Shown here: piece after piece, positions 1 to 13,307 of the stretch
Position numbering within the stretch: position 1 is the stretch's first letter
Layout of the letters: each line of letters begins with the position of its first letter
From: Syncephalis fuscata S228
Taxonomy: Eukaryota; Fungi; Zoopagomycota
Assembly: GCA_025786725.1 (NCBI GenBank)
Contig: JAHLTZ010000009.1
Location: forward strand, 248,001 to 312,000
DNA: 64,000 nt
Direction of reading: 5' to 3'
Notes under the pieces: generated by a model
Seen by the model: only the letters and a program-made list of their open reading frames with translations
The model's database searches: none
What the model was told of the DNA's origin: nothing
Made by a program: the position numbers and the translations under genes

Positions 1-465
1 GAAATGACGTATACCTTTAAGGCCTATGGCCAATTAAAATTCTAGCTTTAACTTACAACAGTATATCCATTTTACTACATATTCTTTTATCATATAGTGA
101 ACACTATTAAACTGCTGTCAACTTGGCACTACTTTTACTATTTATAAACCCACTTATTCATATGATTAATAACATATTCACACTTATTTGCAATCAACTT
201 TCAAAACATTCTCACTGTGCATAGTGACTTCTATAAGCCGTTAAAAAGGCTGGGCAAAAAGATGCGTCTTAAGGCCTTTGTGCCATTCTAGCATTCCACA
301 TGGTAGCACTGCTTAATTTAACAATACATATGGTAATTATACAAGTTGATGACACATTCCGTGATACTGTATTGCTCTATATAATTGCCTAATTTATTTA
401 GTTATTTGCAAGTGCACATCGTTTTTATTCACAGCCGTAAATTTAGTAAACACCTTGTTATCGAT

Positions 466-1501
466 ATGGAACATTTACAAAACACTACATCCGGTCAACA
501 GCAAGCAGAAGACCGTCTTTAGTATATGAAGCAGGCCGGCGTTTTCATGGCGACAAAAATGCACCTTATCCGCTGCCTAACGATTCGAGTGAAATAAATA
601 GGTAAGCATTTGTGTATAAGGCAATATAACACCTAGTAAATAGCCACTATTCCATGAATATTTAGGCTAAATACACAGCATCCTGTATTTAAAAAACTAC
701 TTAATGGCAACTACATGAGTAAGCTAAACAATCCAAAAAGAATTTTGGATGTTGGCAGTGGTACTGGTATATGGGCAGTGGTAAGTAGTTGCGTTTGCTA
801 CAGCACTCAGAAATGATTAACGTTAAGCAGGAAATGGCAGAGGAATTTCCGCAATCTGAAATAAATTGCATTGATATATCTCCAGAACTGTCGACAACCA
901 AGCTTCCCAGCAATGTCAAGTTTGAAACCATGAATGTCTCAAGGTAGATTAGTAACTTAATACAAACAGATCATATTAATATCCAAATTATTAGGTATCA
1001 ATACGAGACAATACATTTGATATATTCATCTGCGACTATTAGGCGTGCAATACGGAAAATTATTGGATTAATTATCAAGGATCTGGCACGCCTTGCTCCC
1101 CCGGCGGTAGCATTGAGTTCTTTGAAACCGACAGCCTATTAAAAAATGCTGGACCATTGGGCCAAGAGGTCAATTCCTGGTTTAATACTTTGTGTCGTAG
1201 TCGTGGTTCCAATGTGAGTAAGTTTTGGGAGATACCGCAAATGATGCAAGAGGCCGGCCTACAAATGGAAGTTGAGCACTTTATCGAAATTCCTATTGGA
1301 GAATGGTGTGACCAAGTAGGTCGTCATGGCTGGACTGACTATTACAACCTAATCAGTCCACTGTGCACTAAAATTATGTCTACATGCAATGTTACAAAAG
1401 AAAGATTCGACTATGTTCTCGCAAATTTGCACGAAGAGAATGTCGCTCATCGTGTTTATCGAAAATGGGTATATTTGTCGGCCGCAAACCATAAAGAATA
1501 A
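466..1501 (+). CDS. Class I SAM-dependent methyltransferase (LaeA/Methyltransf_23-like), multi-exon, with apparent frameshift(s)
   Basis: Manual translation gives YEAGRRFHGDKNAPYPLPNDSSEINR (N-terminal motif of this family), KRILDVGSGTGIWAV (SAM motif I), EMAEEFPQSEINCIDIS and IEIPIGEW. GT-AG introns present. The ATG frame hits a stop near 520. Confidence 0.8.
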
Positions 1502-1633
1502 ATAGCGTTAGCATTGACTATAGTTGTTTTATAATTAAATTCATCTTGTTAAGTATTTATACTTTGTTCTTAAATAACTACTATGTAATAAATGACTTTT
1601 TTCATTATAACCAACTTTATTAAATAATGGATC

Positions 1634-2158
1634 TACCGTACTTTGACTCCCATTCTTGAACTAAACAAAAAGATCAATAGCGAATAATAAACCATCGATC
1701 ATTTTAATACAGAGAATTGTTAATTATTGAAGCAGTGTCACATTAACTCCGATTAAACTAATCAGTGTCAATTAATCAGCACAATTTTTAATATCCAACA
1801 TCAGTATTAATAAGTGTTAAATAGTATTTCGTGCTATTTGTAATAAAATATTACATTAATTATGATGCTGATGCAACAGTAAAATATTAGAAAATAGAAA
1901 AGAGTATTCAGACGCAAGAAACCACACTGTACGTAGTAACAACAATAACAATTGCAGAATGACATGAGATTGCGATCAATGGCTTTTATTAATATTTGAT
2001 CAAACTTTCTACGCATAGCCAACAACGACAATGATTGGCCTCTTGAATTTTAAAGTAGTTAAATGGACATTATAACTATGTTTGTTGTACATAGCAGTAC
2101 GCCTTCAATTAAAACGAATTTTGCTTTGAGGACTTCAAACGTGGGAGTCAAAGTAAAG
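1634..2158. mobile_element. Putative MITE (~520 bp) with terminal inverted repeats
   Basis: TACTTTGACTCCCA (1639-1652) is the exact reverse complement of TGGGAGTCAAAGTA (2142-2155). The left end reads TA|CCGTAC. Related termini occur at 32364-32383 and 51964-51980. No credible coding capacity inside. Confidence 0.6.
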
Positions 2159-3216
2159 TTCGGCCAAATTTTCAATAAAGCGGGTTTGCTAAAAATAGTA
2201 ATTTAATCCTCAAATCACATTAAATGCGATGTTTTAACTACCAGTATTTCTTACCATTTAGCCCATATCCAATAAAACAAATATGTAGTTTAACTACGCC
2301 AATATTAGTAGGTTTAGTCGTTTGACCCTTAAATCATATTGAATCGTTAATAATCTATTTAATATTTGTGTAATAATAATAATGAAGACAAATAAAATAA
2401 CTGTCTAAATAAATTACTGATCTTATTATGTGATAAATATTGGCTAGAAATATGATGTATATGAACGTTATATGTCTTTTATAGATTAATAGAGCTGTTA
2501 TAAGTGATTTATGGTTAATCAAATGCAAGAATAAAAATACGATTGTTGATAATACTGGTCATAATGAATGTAGTTATCAGTAGTTAAAATATAGTGACGG
2601 ACAACTAGCTATCATATCTACATATTACTATGACGTAGCTTCAGACTGAATTTACAAGGTTATCATCGTTTCTACAGTCTAGTCAATGGTGGATTCTCTG
2701 CATCAAAACACATTGACAATACCTACTACACAGTCAATCCAATGGCCATTCAATCGTTATTTAATGTCTACAGCAAAACCAAACGCATTGTCAGTATATT
2801 AGAGGGCGAGAAACTTGAGCATGTTACTTATAGCTGCATTAGTGCAATGTTAGTAAATAATTCGACATACCAAAACACAATCGACATAGCTATTGTTATG
2901 TTTTTAGGCTGGCTTCATTGTACTGACCATTAAGGCTGGTAAGCAAATATACGCGTGGCGATAAACATATTTACTTTGTCTTTGGTGGCAGTACCATTGT
3001 GATGTTGTTTGAACCTTTAAATCACAGTATAATTTAATGAGTTGTTGATTAATACTATTTTCCGTCGACCCCATGTTCAATCGGACAATATTATTGAATA
3101 TAGTTATTTAATTCTTAGATTATGCTAAACCAATTAATAAAGTGTTTAATATTTACGATATGGGCTAATTAACTAATTATTATACTTGGATATCTTTATG
3201 ATGTTTTAAATTATTA

Positions 3217-4145
3217 TTATTTATTAAATGAAAGAGAGTAGCTGCCGCTACCATCATCATTTGGCTTCATTTGAAAATTATCTAGTGACAAACCAAACTT
3301 GCCCAACACTGAATTTCCCAAGTCTTTTAATTTTCCAAGCATTTCATCCTTTTCTTGTTGCTCCCGTGCTTTCATCTTATCCGGTAAATGGACCAGTGCA
3401 GCACGACATGCCGGCGCCAACTGAGGCGATATCTGTTCGACTTGCTGATAATCTGTATAAACATCATTAATACATAAGCTATTAGTTAGTGCATGGTGTA
3501 TGATTTACCTTCTTGTGCTTGTTTTAACGCAGTAAAACTACCAACACGTTCATTTGCTTGGGCACGTCGTAACTGAGCTTTGACATAGGAAGAGTCAAGT
3601 TTCAATGCATTATCACAAGAGCGTACTGCTTCCGCCGGTTGTTCCTATCGTCATCATTTGATTAGACAGATAGTGCCCATATCCATATATATATATATAT
3701 ATTGGTGGTAGTGCGCATACCATTTTCAATTCACAAGCGGCCAGATTAGCCCATAGTATCGCGGATAGCGTCTCAAGGTGTCCGGGTGGACATTCATGTA
3801 TAGCTTCTTTATACTTTTTTGCAGCTTCTTTATACTCGCCCTGTCCGAAATGACTATTGCCTTCCTGTTTTAACGCCTCCATCTTTGCTGTAAGTGCCTA
3901 AACTCAAATATAAGCCTATTTACTCGTTCATCTTTATAAGATTAACTTACCTCTTTCTCCTCTTCTGTCAAAGGCTTTGATTCCAGTAGCGCCTAAACTA
4001 TAGTATAAGCTTACTGCATTGACTCGCCTCTATAGACTAAACCTGCCTCCTTCTCCTCTTCGACTAGCGGCTCTGATTCCGACAATGTCTTCTCATTGGT
4101 CGTACTTGTCTCTTCATTCAAGCTATGCACCATATTTGTACTCAT
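3217..4145 (-). CDS. TTC1: Tetratricopeptide repeat protein 1 homolog
   Basis: TPR motifs (LKQEGNSHFGQGEYKEAAKKYKEAI; WANLAACELK) plus the TTC1 C-terminal signature EMLGKLKDLGNSVLGKFGLSLDNFQM...SGSYSLSF. Multi-exon. Confidence 0.9.
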
Positions 4146-4190
4146 AATGAAGTTAAAGAAATGTAGAGAAACAAGGCTGAACTTCAACTC

Positions 4191-4834
4191 CCCAGATCAG
4201 TAAATCATTTTACGCAATCGATTGTAATAATTTGATTAATTAATTTGTGTTTAAATGATCATTCACAATAAATATTAATGTAATATAATAACATTATTAT
4301 TTCCATAAAATAGAATTGATTAAATATAACATTGTATCAGTAATAATATTAAACATTTATTTTACTCAGATAATGTGTTGTATGACCATTTATACTATTT
4401 CTTCTATTAACTCTTCCTCTTTCTCTTTTGATAGATCACTATTTAATTATACATACAAAGGCGTAGTTTAGAGTAGATGTGTTTACAAGTGTTTTATTTA
4501 ACATTCAATAAACGCTGTTGCTTATATACTGAATCTAATGCTTAAAAGTCTAGTTGTCAATTATAACATCATGTTTTATGATAATGACATTTGTTTATGC
4601 ATTGATATTCATTCTTCTTATTTACTGATAACATATTCTATTAATATATTTGCTTTTATGCAGTTAATTTTTATTCTTTCTTTTATTCTGCCACTTGAAC
4701 AATTCCCTTATCTGTATTTCAATTTATTCATAGTCTCTTTATGTACAATGCCATTCAATTTATGAATTGTGTATATTAAATTATTAATTAATTAAATAAA
4801 GATAACTATTTTTTTGTATATTAAACAATTTATT
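4191..4834 (+). repeat. ~640 bp AT-rich dispersed repeat, copy 1
   Basis: Near-identical reverse-complement copy at 33691-34331. The same spurious 75-aa ORF appears at 4538 (+) and 33760 (-). Confidence 0.92.
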
Positions 4835-5263
4835 AATCATTTAATGTGATTTGATGTTAAATGACTACATTAATAACATCCAATTTATTGAACATGATGA
4901 TGAGTGGTGAGTGACATTAAATATCAAATTATAATGCATTGAATACTTTACAGCAACAATAATATGCATTATCATTTATTTATTACTATCATTCATCTAT
5001 TTATTATGTTTTATTGTAAGTAATATAAATAATATTTAATATTTATCAACACTAATATTGAATATTGAAATAGTGCGGACTGGCTCATCTTTACTTGAAT
5101 TAATTGGAATTGATATAGCGCCGTTTCAATAAATAGCAATTTAGTATTAAAAACTGATTGACGGTTTGGTGTCAAAGTTGTTATTGATCTTTTTGCCCCA
5201 TTTTAACCTATGGACATAAAGTAAACTAGCTCCATAGACAATGATAAAAACGCGTATCTTTAT

Positions 5264-6471
5264 TTACTTTTTACCAAACGAAAATGTAATCTTATTACCA
5301 CTCAATCCACTATTCATTGGCTATTACAATTATTTAATACTTATTAATAATACATATAAGCAATTATCTAATAAACTTACCTTTTTATTAAATAGTGAAA
5401 GTGTTTTGGCTGGACGAGGTGTATTTGTTGTAGTAGTGGCCGATATAGTTGTCGTATCTTCTTTCATAGTATCAGCATCTCGCTTTATGGCTCCTGTTGA
5501 GCTTCTTTACCAGCTTCTTGTCGTTGCATGGATGCAGCCTGCATTCGAGCAAATTCTTTATCCATTCGTCGTTTCTCTTTATCGCGTAGCTTTTGCCCAT
5601 CAACTTTACGGGTAGTTTGTCGCATTTCAGTAAATCGCTAGATATAATTGTTAGTACTTTTCACTTAATTGGATTACATACTTTTTTATGATTATGATCA
5701 TAAGAACTGAGATGATTCTCCCATTCTGATACTTTCTGATAGCGTTTATCGCATAGTTCACAATAGAACACTGAAGTGATTTCATTCAATTCTTTGCGAA
5801 TCTCTTGTTGCTTCTCTACTTTCATCTATGTAAACATAGAGATGCTTATTGATACTGTAACAATATAGTAACAACAATCATACCTGTCTTTCGGCTCTTT
5901 CCAAATCTGTTTCCCGTGCTTGTCGTTCACTTTCAAGTTTCCGTGGACCAGCAGTAGCAACAGAATGCATTTCCCGCTCTTTATCCATCAATCCAATACC
6001 TGTAACATCTTCCTTTACTATCATGGGGATTGGATCTATCCGGCCTAATATACAATCAATCAATAAATATAATGACCTATTGATGCTTTATGTATATTGC
6101 CTTGTTGATCACGTCCTAATCCTTGGCCAGCCTGCCAGCCCATCCTACTTAATAGTTGAAAGCCGACATTTGTATCACTAATGGGCTTTTCAAGCGATGC
6201 TTGCTCGACATCGGTTAAATCAACATAGCCAGTGGGTTCAAGGAAGCTACTTGATGCGAATGTTCCCGTTATACGATGCTGTCAATAAATATTGGTAGGT
6301 TGTGTTCTAGAAGATAGATATCTCCCCCAGTGCCTTGCTATTATATAGTACTAGCCAATACTATATCTAAATAGACTTAATGCTCACCATTGCCATTTTC
6401 ATTTGTCGATACAGTGTATATTCTTCCGGTAAGTCGGTGCCGGCAGTTTCTTCTGACGATGACGGATTCAT
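5264..6471 (-). CDS. G-patch + C2H2 zinc finger protein (GPATCH8-like)
   Basis: G-patch PISDTNVGFQLLSRMGWQAGQGLGRDQQGRIDPI, followed by [28 protein letters not shown]. Ends ITFSFGKK*. One intron has a GC donor near 6101. Confidence 0.82.
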
Positions 6472-6748
6472 GGTTGTAATTGTTTACATATCCTTGTCAG
6501 GCCTAGCAGTAGAATAATAGAGTGAAATTGAACTAGCTATACCTAATATAGCCTTTTAATAGCTGGTTCCCTCTAAGCAATGATCTTGTTAGATTATCCA
6601 GTCAGGCAAAGAATAAACGTGTAAAGTGTAGTAAATAGAAGAATGTTGTTAATTCTAAATACTTCATTAATCGATCGATCAGTAATGTCCACACATTATT
6701 TGACCCCTTCCTTTTTCAATATCGTTCTTGCATTTCCACCAACCAACC

Positions 6749-7329
6749 ATGGACGGATTTCCTCCCGAACAATTTTTTACAACATCGGCCAGTCTCGTTG
6801 ATTGTGTAGATAGTACGTGTTGTATATATGTATATATACGTGGTTATAGATACCAGGTATACTAATTAAAGGAATATTTAGAACGCTTGGTAGTTGTACT
6901 GCGCGATGGACGAAAACTCTTTGGTGTATTGCGTTCCTTTGATCAATTCGGTAGGCTATTTGCTTAGTAGGCTATTGACTGCGGTCATTGCTGTAGAGGT
7001 TTAGAAATGAGCTAGTTTGTTTATTGTTATGTTATATATTTATAGCCAATCTAGTATTACAGGACACGGTAGAACGACTGTATGCGGAAGGAATTTATGC
7101 CGAACTGTATCGCGGTATTTATATTATTCGAGGTGAAAATGTAGTTTTACTAGGAGAAGTGTGTCTCGACCTTGAAGATGAAATACCACTACGACATGTC
7201 AGTCCAGAACAAGTACTACAGGCGCAGAAGCAGGAGCGAGAAGCGCGTTTATTGCGGGAACGACGACGGGATAAGACACTTTACAAGCAAGGATTCAGCG
7301 TGGATTTTGCAGAAACCGATCTTTATTGA
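6749..7329 (+). CDS. LSM1: Sm-like protein Lsm1 (mRNA decapping activator)
   Basis: Three exons: FFTTSASLVDCVD / RLVVVLRDGRKLFGVLRSFDQF / ANLVLQDTVER...GIYIIRGENVVLLGE. Confidence 0.95.
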
Positions 7330-7372
7330 ATTAGCTAATGATATTTTAATTGTTTTATCCAATATTCAACTT

Positions 7373-9258
7373 TTACATGTTTGACGTGGAGGATAGAAGT
7401 GATGTTAACGTGCTTAATAGCAATGGCCATAGTGTGATAGGAAGACCTTCTAGTTCTTGTTTGACATTTAGAAAAAGCATACGTTGCAAGTGCAGTCTAT
7501 ATCGGATAATAGCGTTTATAGTGGAATGAGTTTTATGGCCGTGCAAATACCTTAAAACACGATGGCTAGCAATGATTGGAAGTTGCAATAGACGAGCAGC
7601 AGTTTGGTAGTCATTCTTTGATAATGGCAACCAGGATGGATCATTATTAAATTGTCTATGCCAGATATCGTTAATTAAAACCGTTTAAGCATAAGCTAAC
7701 CTTAGTGGTAAGAGTATATCAGGTAGACAAATAGGTATAATAGAGGGACAGGCCATTTGACGGGCATTCTATTAATATTGATATAAATATAGCTATATTA
7801 TACAATAACGATGATGGTCCAATACCTGAGCGCCATACATGTACACGGTGGCAATATCTATGCCTTGGTATTTATGAGCATTAATACAAAATGAAAAACT
7901 TAATTACCATAAGGATCCCAATCCACTAAACAATAGATTCTATAAAGACGATGAGTCTAATATATACATATGTACAAAATATTAAGCATACTTTAATGGC
8001 CAATTGGACATATAAGCATGCATTTGTATTGCATGGATTAGCTTTTGCGTAGCTTGATCCTATTTAATAAATATATAGACATGTATTTGTTGTAACATGA
8101 ACAACCTACTGGATATCCTTTTCCCTATAATCATTGATAATTATAAATGGTGATTGATAAATAATGATTAAAACTTGCCGTAGCTAATAAAGTAGATGGC
8201 AATTGTGCCAATAATTGCCGTCCAATTAATTGTTGGAAAAAGGCCTAACTATTAGTTATGGCTATACTATGATGGAACTTACCTCTTTTTCAACGATTAG
8301 TATAGATCGAGCCGAATGGCAAAACTGTAATGGAAGAAAATGGTTAAATTTTAATATAATTAGGATTAACCAATATTTATCTTTTGTAAATGCTAGATCA
8401 GGTATTGGCCATATCTAATTAATTAATTAACTAATTAATGCTTAATGTAATAGATAGTTGATATAATAAATGATAGTATACATTTGTCATGATGGTTGTA
8501 GAATCCAAGTGTTGTTGAAGTGATTCATTTAAAGGAAAAAATTGAATAGGTCCAGCTACTAGGCCATTATACGCTGCAGTCTAGATGGAATTCAATACGT
8601 ATAAGCTGTAAAGTGATGTACCTACTATATTAAATGCAGCCCGTGGAACATCAAATGTACTTGATAAGCGTTTAATAATCTGTTTTATTAATTAGCTATT
8701 ATTGGTGTTGCATTGTAAAAATTTAACTTACTACATCAGCTATCGATTGTCGTTGAAATAGATTAACATCTCGATAGTATATTTCTCTAATTTATTATAT
8801 ATATATATGAACTAAAATGTATATACTAAATCCCATACCGTTTAGATATGACTGTTCCTTGAACAAGCGATTGATGGCATATTTCTAGTACTCGTAGATA
8901 TCTAGCTGTGTTTTTGATAAGATTAGTATTTTGGTAATCATTTGACCTACCAAACTGTAGCCAGTCCTTATTAGGTGCTAGCATACATCCAAGTAGTCGG
9001 ATTGATTCAATTTCGTTCTTATAGTAATTACTATGTTCAATTAGAGTTTTTAATTGTCTATTTATTTTAGTATTGGAAATCAATATGGCAAGGAATGCTT
9101 ACTCGTCAAATACCGGTTTTTTACAAGTTGGTGCAAGTTTTACAATCAGATAAAAAACACTTTGCATGGTTATTTCAATACGCCTGGCCATGATCAGTCT
9201 AGACGCCTGTGTTAGACTATTAAACAGCCATTATATTACTAACCGTGATTGCTGCCAT
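7373..9258 (-). CDS. SPO11: Meiotic double-strand-break protein Spo11 (TopoVI A-like), many introns
   Basis: ISKREIYYRDVNLF (catalytic Tyr), LIVEKE, KGYPDQAT, LVDWDPYGIDI..VYMYG (Toprim DxD) and C-terminal LQRMLFLNVKQELEGL. Start codon uncertain (9258 or 9276). Confidence 0.9.
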
Positions 9259-9888
9259 GATTCGATAGAAGTACATGAAATTGTAACATAATTCATACTG
9301 ATAATAAAGTATAAAATAATGATAGAATGAAACGTGATATTATAATAAAGTTTTCAAATTCTTGAATTAATTTATTAAAGTGATCTACATATTTTAAACA
9401 AAGTATGCCACACTATTATATATTGCTATTTGTTAAAGGCAACTTTGGCAGATTCAACATACTGCTCAGTAGCGATTCGAATCTGAAAAGTGCAAGCATA
9501 CCTGTTTGCATCGGCAGAACAATGCTCAAGGTTAATATAGAATGGTCACAGGTTGATATAACTGGTTTATGCGAGTGAGCTACACTTCTTTTTGCCCTTG
9601 ACAGCTTCGGCATATCACATGCATTACTTAAAATGGACGTACCATTTGGCGTTCAATCCTTTGCTCTGCGCATTCCATTGGTTGCATCAAGGTTATTACC
9701 GCATGATTACACTTTTCTATAAGCGTGAAGGAATAAGATCCATTGTCTGTAGCTCGTATATATTCTATGACAAAAGCGGTCGTTTAGTTTAAGCTATTAG
9801 TTTCGTTTTATTAGTGAATATTCTTTTGTCATTGTTGCTTTTCTTATTATCTTGCAACTGTATTATTACTTGTATCGCTTCACATTTA

Positions 9889-10901
9889 ATGCCGACACTA
9901 GACTATAATACAGGCTTAGGAACAGAATGGCTAAAAAATGCCACATATCTGGGTAGCATTCCGCTACATCCTTTTGGAGAGATGTATTTGCCTGATTTTG
10001 TACTAGAGCACCCGGATGATGTACTTTTAACTCGTCATCGATTAAGCACCATCCAGCGCCAGCTTATCCTAATATATTAGCGGGTTTTGTATTTAGTGTC
10101 AATCTGAATTTGGCCATTAAAATGGTCAAGTCTAGTTGGCGTACACTGCCAGGATGGTGCTGCTTACTGCCGTCACTTCTTGGCCTTATGTTAAGCGCTA
10201 TATACGGTTTATCGCTTTTTTCTTACTTTTTAAATTGTCGTATCATGATTTGGTTTGTTGGATTGGGGATTACCATGAGCATTGTTTGCAGCAGCACCAT
10301 ATTATTACAAAAAGCCTACCTTGTACTTTGTAGAAAGCGGTGGATACTTATGGTTGGCGTATTTTTTATATTGCCTCAGCTTACCTTCTTGGCCATTGTG
10401 ATAATATTTTGCCCCATTACTTTGGATGATATTTCAGGCTGTGTCATCAACTATCCGCACTTTCTACCATGGTATTGGCTCGGAGTAGCAGCTCCTATCA
10501 ATGCGTTCTTTTCAGCAGTATTTAGCTATATAGCCTACCGACAATATCGATTATATGGATCAGATGCCTGGAAGCGTCTAGCACGTGATGGAATCCAAAC
10601 GATGTGTCTAGTTGTTTTATGCAATGTCGTTTGCGGCATTTGTATTATTTTTAAAGTTGGTGGCAATTTCTCAGAAATGTTTTTCCTTGCAGATTGGTAA
10701 GTACAAACAGTTTAATGGTCGCCCAATCTAATACAGCTTTATTTTAGGTCACTCAATTCCACAATTCTTGTTCAGCATTGTAGTAGTATGCGTAGAGTAA
10801 AATCACTATCAAATTCTAAAAAATCAGCGGAAACTCCAAAAACTAGCCAGTCTAGAAAATCCAACACTATACCAACTACAGTAGATGAACATCATTATTA
10901 G
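9889..10901 (+). CDS. Orphan 7TM/GPCR-like membrane protein, family copy A (frameshift near 10075)
   Basis: Multiple hydrophobic helices, motifs LLQKAY and YRQYRLYGSDAWKRLARDGIQ, phase-2 intron after AD(W). Paralogous to the genes at 43112-44101, 46053-47040 and 58175-59161. Confidence 0.75.
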
Positions 10902-11348
10902 TTAATAAATATATCTATTTTACAATTGCAATCATTATTTGCTTTGCAATTTATTTGTGGATTGTAATAACGAGTTAATGATTGAAATGGTATAATCAAT
11001 GCTGCACTTTAGATTTATATGCAACTGTAGATGTTTATGCAGCCAAGTTTACAGTTTACACAAAAAATTGCTTTATTATACTATACTGCCACTACTACTA
11101 ATCATAATAGTAAATTAGTCTAAAGGATACCTAGTAAACATATTGTTTTGATTACGCCTAATTCTTCGTCTTTGCTATTAATAAAACTATACTAATAAAT
11201 TAAATAGTTAAATGATATCAAGTTACACAAGCTTAATTAGTTACTGTGCTCTTGTGACGTAACAGTTCGCTCTTTCTATCCACTTTACCAGTATTTTACA
11301 AATAGCCATATACATTCTATCATTTAAACGCAGTAAATCATTGTTAGA

Positions 11349-13258
11349 ATGCAACGGCCAAAACGTAGAAAGATTTGGAAAAACATGAATTTACAAAAGC
11401 CAATTCAACTTCTAAACGTTCTCTTTGTAGTTTATTGAATTTACACGAGTTAGGTGTACGCTCCTCGCAATCTGTCTTTGCATCTATTCTAAGACGGCGG
11501 GCCGAATTGCTGCATGCTTGCGATGACATTGAAATGCGACGCGGCTATAGCACTGCTGTTACCACACTGGCCATCGAGACAGCTGAGCACCGATAGTAAG
11601 CTACTATCTTATTGAAGAACTCTGTATTAGATACTCTATACCACACTTGTATCCTTAGTTTATTGTCGGGCAGTATTAGTGGTACGGTTGGACTACACGA
11701 TTTACAAGTAAATGATAAGATTGACTCGGGACTTGTTCGTTCATCGGCCATTATTCAATCTCATTCGTAAGTAGCATCAGTAGACTAGCTAGCGATTATT
11801 ATAGCTAAATAGCCATCACTGATATGAGCAGGTCAAATTCTCACAAACGAGCGGTCACTAGTGTTTGCTGGTATCCTTTTGACACGGGCATGTTTACTTC
11901 ATCGTCCTTTGATGGAAAAATCAAAGTTTGGGATACCAATGAAATGAAGGTAATTAATGCAATTGATTATATGTTTTTGTTAGCTGTACTTTTTATTTAA
12001 TAGGCGGTAACCGAGTTTGATTTAAAAGATCGAATTTATACACATACACCATCTTCAATCTCTTCTCAGCCATTAATTGCCGGTAATTAAACGTAGTATT
12101 GTTGATTTGCAATAGTATATCAATTATAATAAATATAGCGGCTACCGATCATACACAAGTTCGTCTATGTGATTTACGCACTGGAGACTGTGTTCACTCA
12201 CTTACCGGTAACAGTCTAGTAGACTTGGCGATAACACCCTATTAATATATCATAAAGGTCATAAGAAGTCGGTTATGAGTGTGGCATGGTCACCATCCAA
12301 AGATTATCTATTAATGTCGGGCGGGTAAGTTAAATAGTGCCATATTTATTTAAAATGTTTATAGATTCCTATTTGTTAGACAGGATGGAAGAGTATTTTG
12401 TTGGGATGTACGCAAATCAAATTCCGTCATTTGTTCATTAAATCAATACAATTCAGGTAAATATTTAATATAAATGAATGATTTAAATTAATATATATAT
12501 ATATTATGAATAGATGCATCCAAAACTGCCAATGCTAATCGAGCTCATCGATTTGCAGTCAATGGATTAGCATTCACACCTGATGGACGCCATTTAATAA
12601 GTACCGGCCATGATGAACGTATTCGTCTATGGAATGTACAAACATTTCGCAATGAAATAGTAATTATAGCCAATATTTAAATTTATTTTATAATAAACAA
12701 TAACCTTAACACTATTCATATAGGTTAATTATGGGAGTCTAATACGTAATCAAGTGAATCAAACGGTCACTCCACTAATAGTACAAGATGTGGTCAGTCA
12801 GCCACCATTACTATTCCACGCATCGAATGATCGACAGATACTACAATATGACCTATTTTCAGGCAAATTAATTAATCAACTTAAAGGTTCCTATAATCGT
12901 ATTTATAGTCTAGTATGGCGTCCTATATACCAAGTAATTATAACAACACTAAATTCAAACTATAGCATAACTGACGCGGTAACATAGGAACTATTCGTTG
13001 GTGGCGATGATTATGATATACTTGTATGGTCACCAACAATACGCACAGCTACTCACAAACCATACACAACAACGATTAAACAAGCTGCAATGGGCACAAA
13101 TGTAGTCGTTGAAGAAGAAGCCAATGGTGTTGATACGGTAAGGAATAAGCATATTATCAATACAATGCAATACAATCTATATATTAATGTATTAATAATA
13201 GTTATCAAGTGATGCGTGGTCAGATGAAGAGGACAATAGTAATAGCAGCAATTTTTAA
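11349..13258 (+). CDS. ERCC8: WD40 DCAF protein CSA/ERCC8 (Rad28), transcription-coupled repair
   Basis: HKRAVTSVCWYPFDTGMFTSSSFDGKIKVWDTN, VRLCDLRTG, GHKKSVMSVAWSP, WDVRK, AHRFAVNGLAFTPDGRHLISTGHDERIRLWN, VNYG, and acidic tail DAWSDEED. Apparent frameshift just after the start. Confidence 0.9.
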
Positions 13259-13307
13259 AGGAATGAATTCAAGTTTTATTTCTTTATTTAAATTCGATTA
13301 AATCAAC

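Noticed and set aside
1708-1716. TACAGAGAA (METTL16/U6 nonamer)
   Set aside because: It lies inside the MITE, not in the SAM synthetase transcript or an evident hairpin. I found no such nonamer in the SAM synthetase intron or 3' UTR.
4538-4765. Identical 75-aa ORFs at 4538 (+) and 33760 (-)
   Set aside because: They are AT-rich chance ORFs inside the 640-bp repeat, with an Ile/Phe/Tyr-biased composition and no domain.
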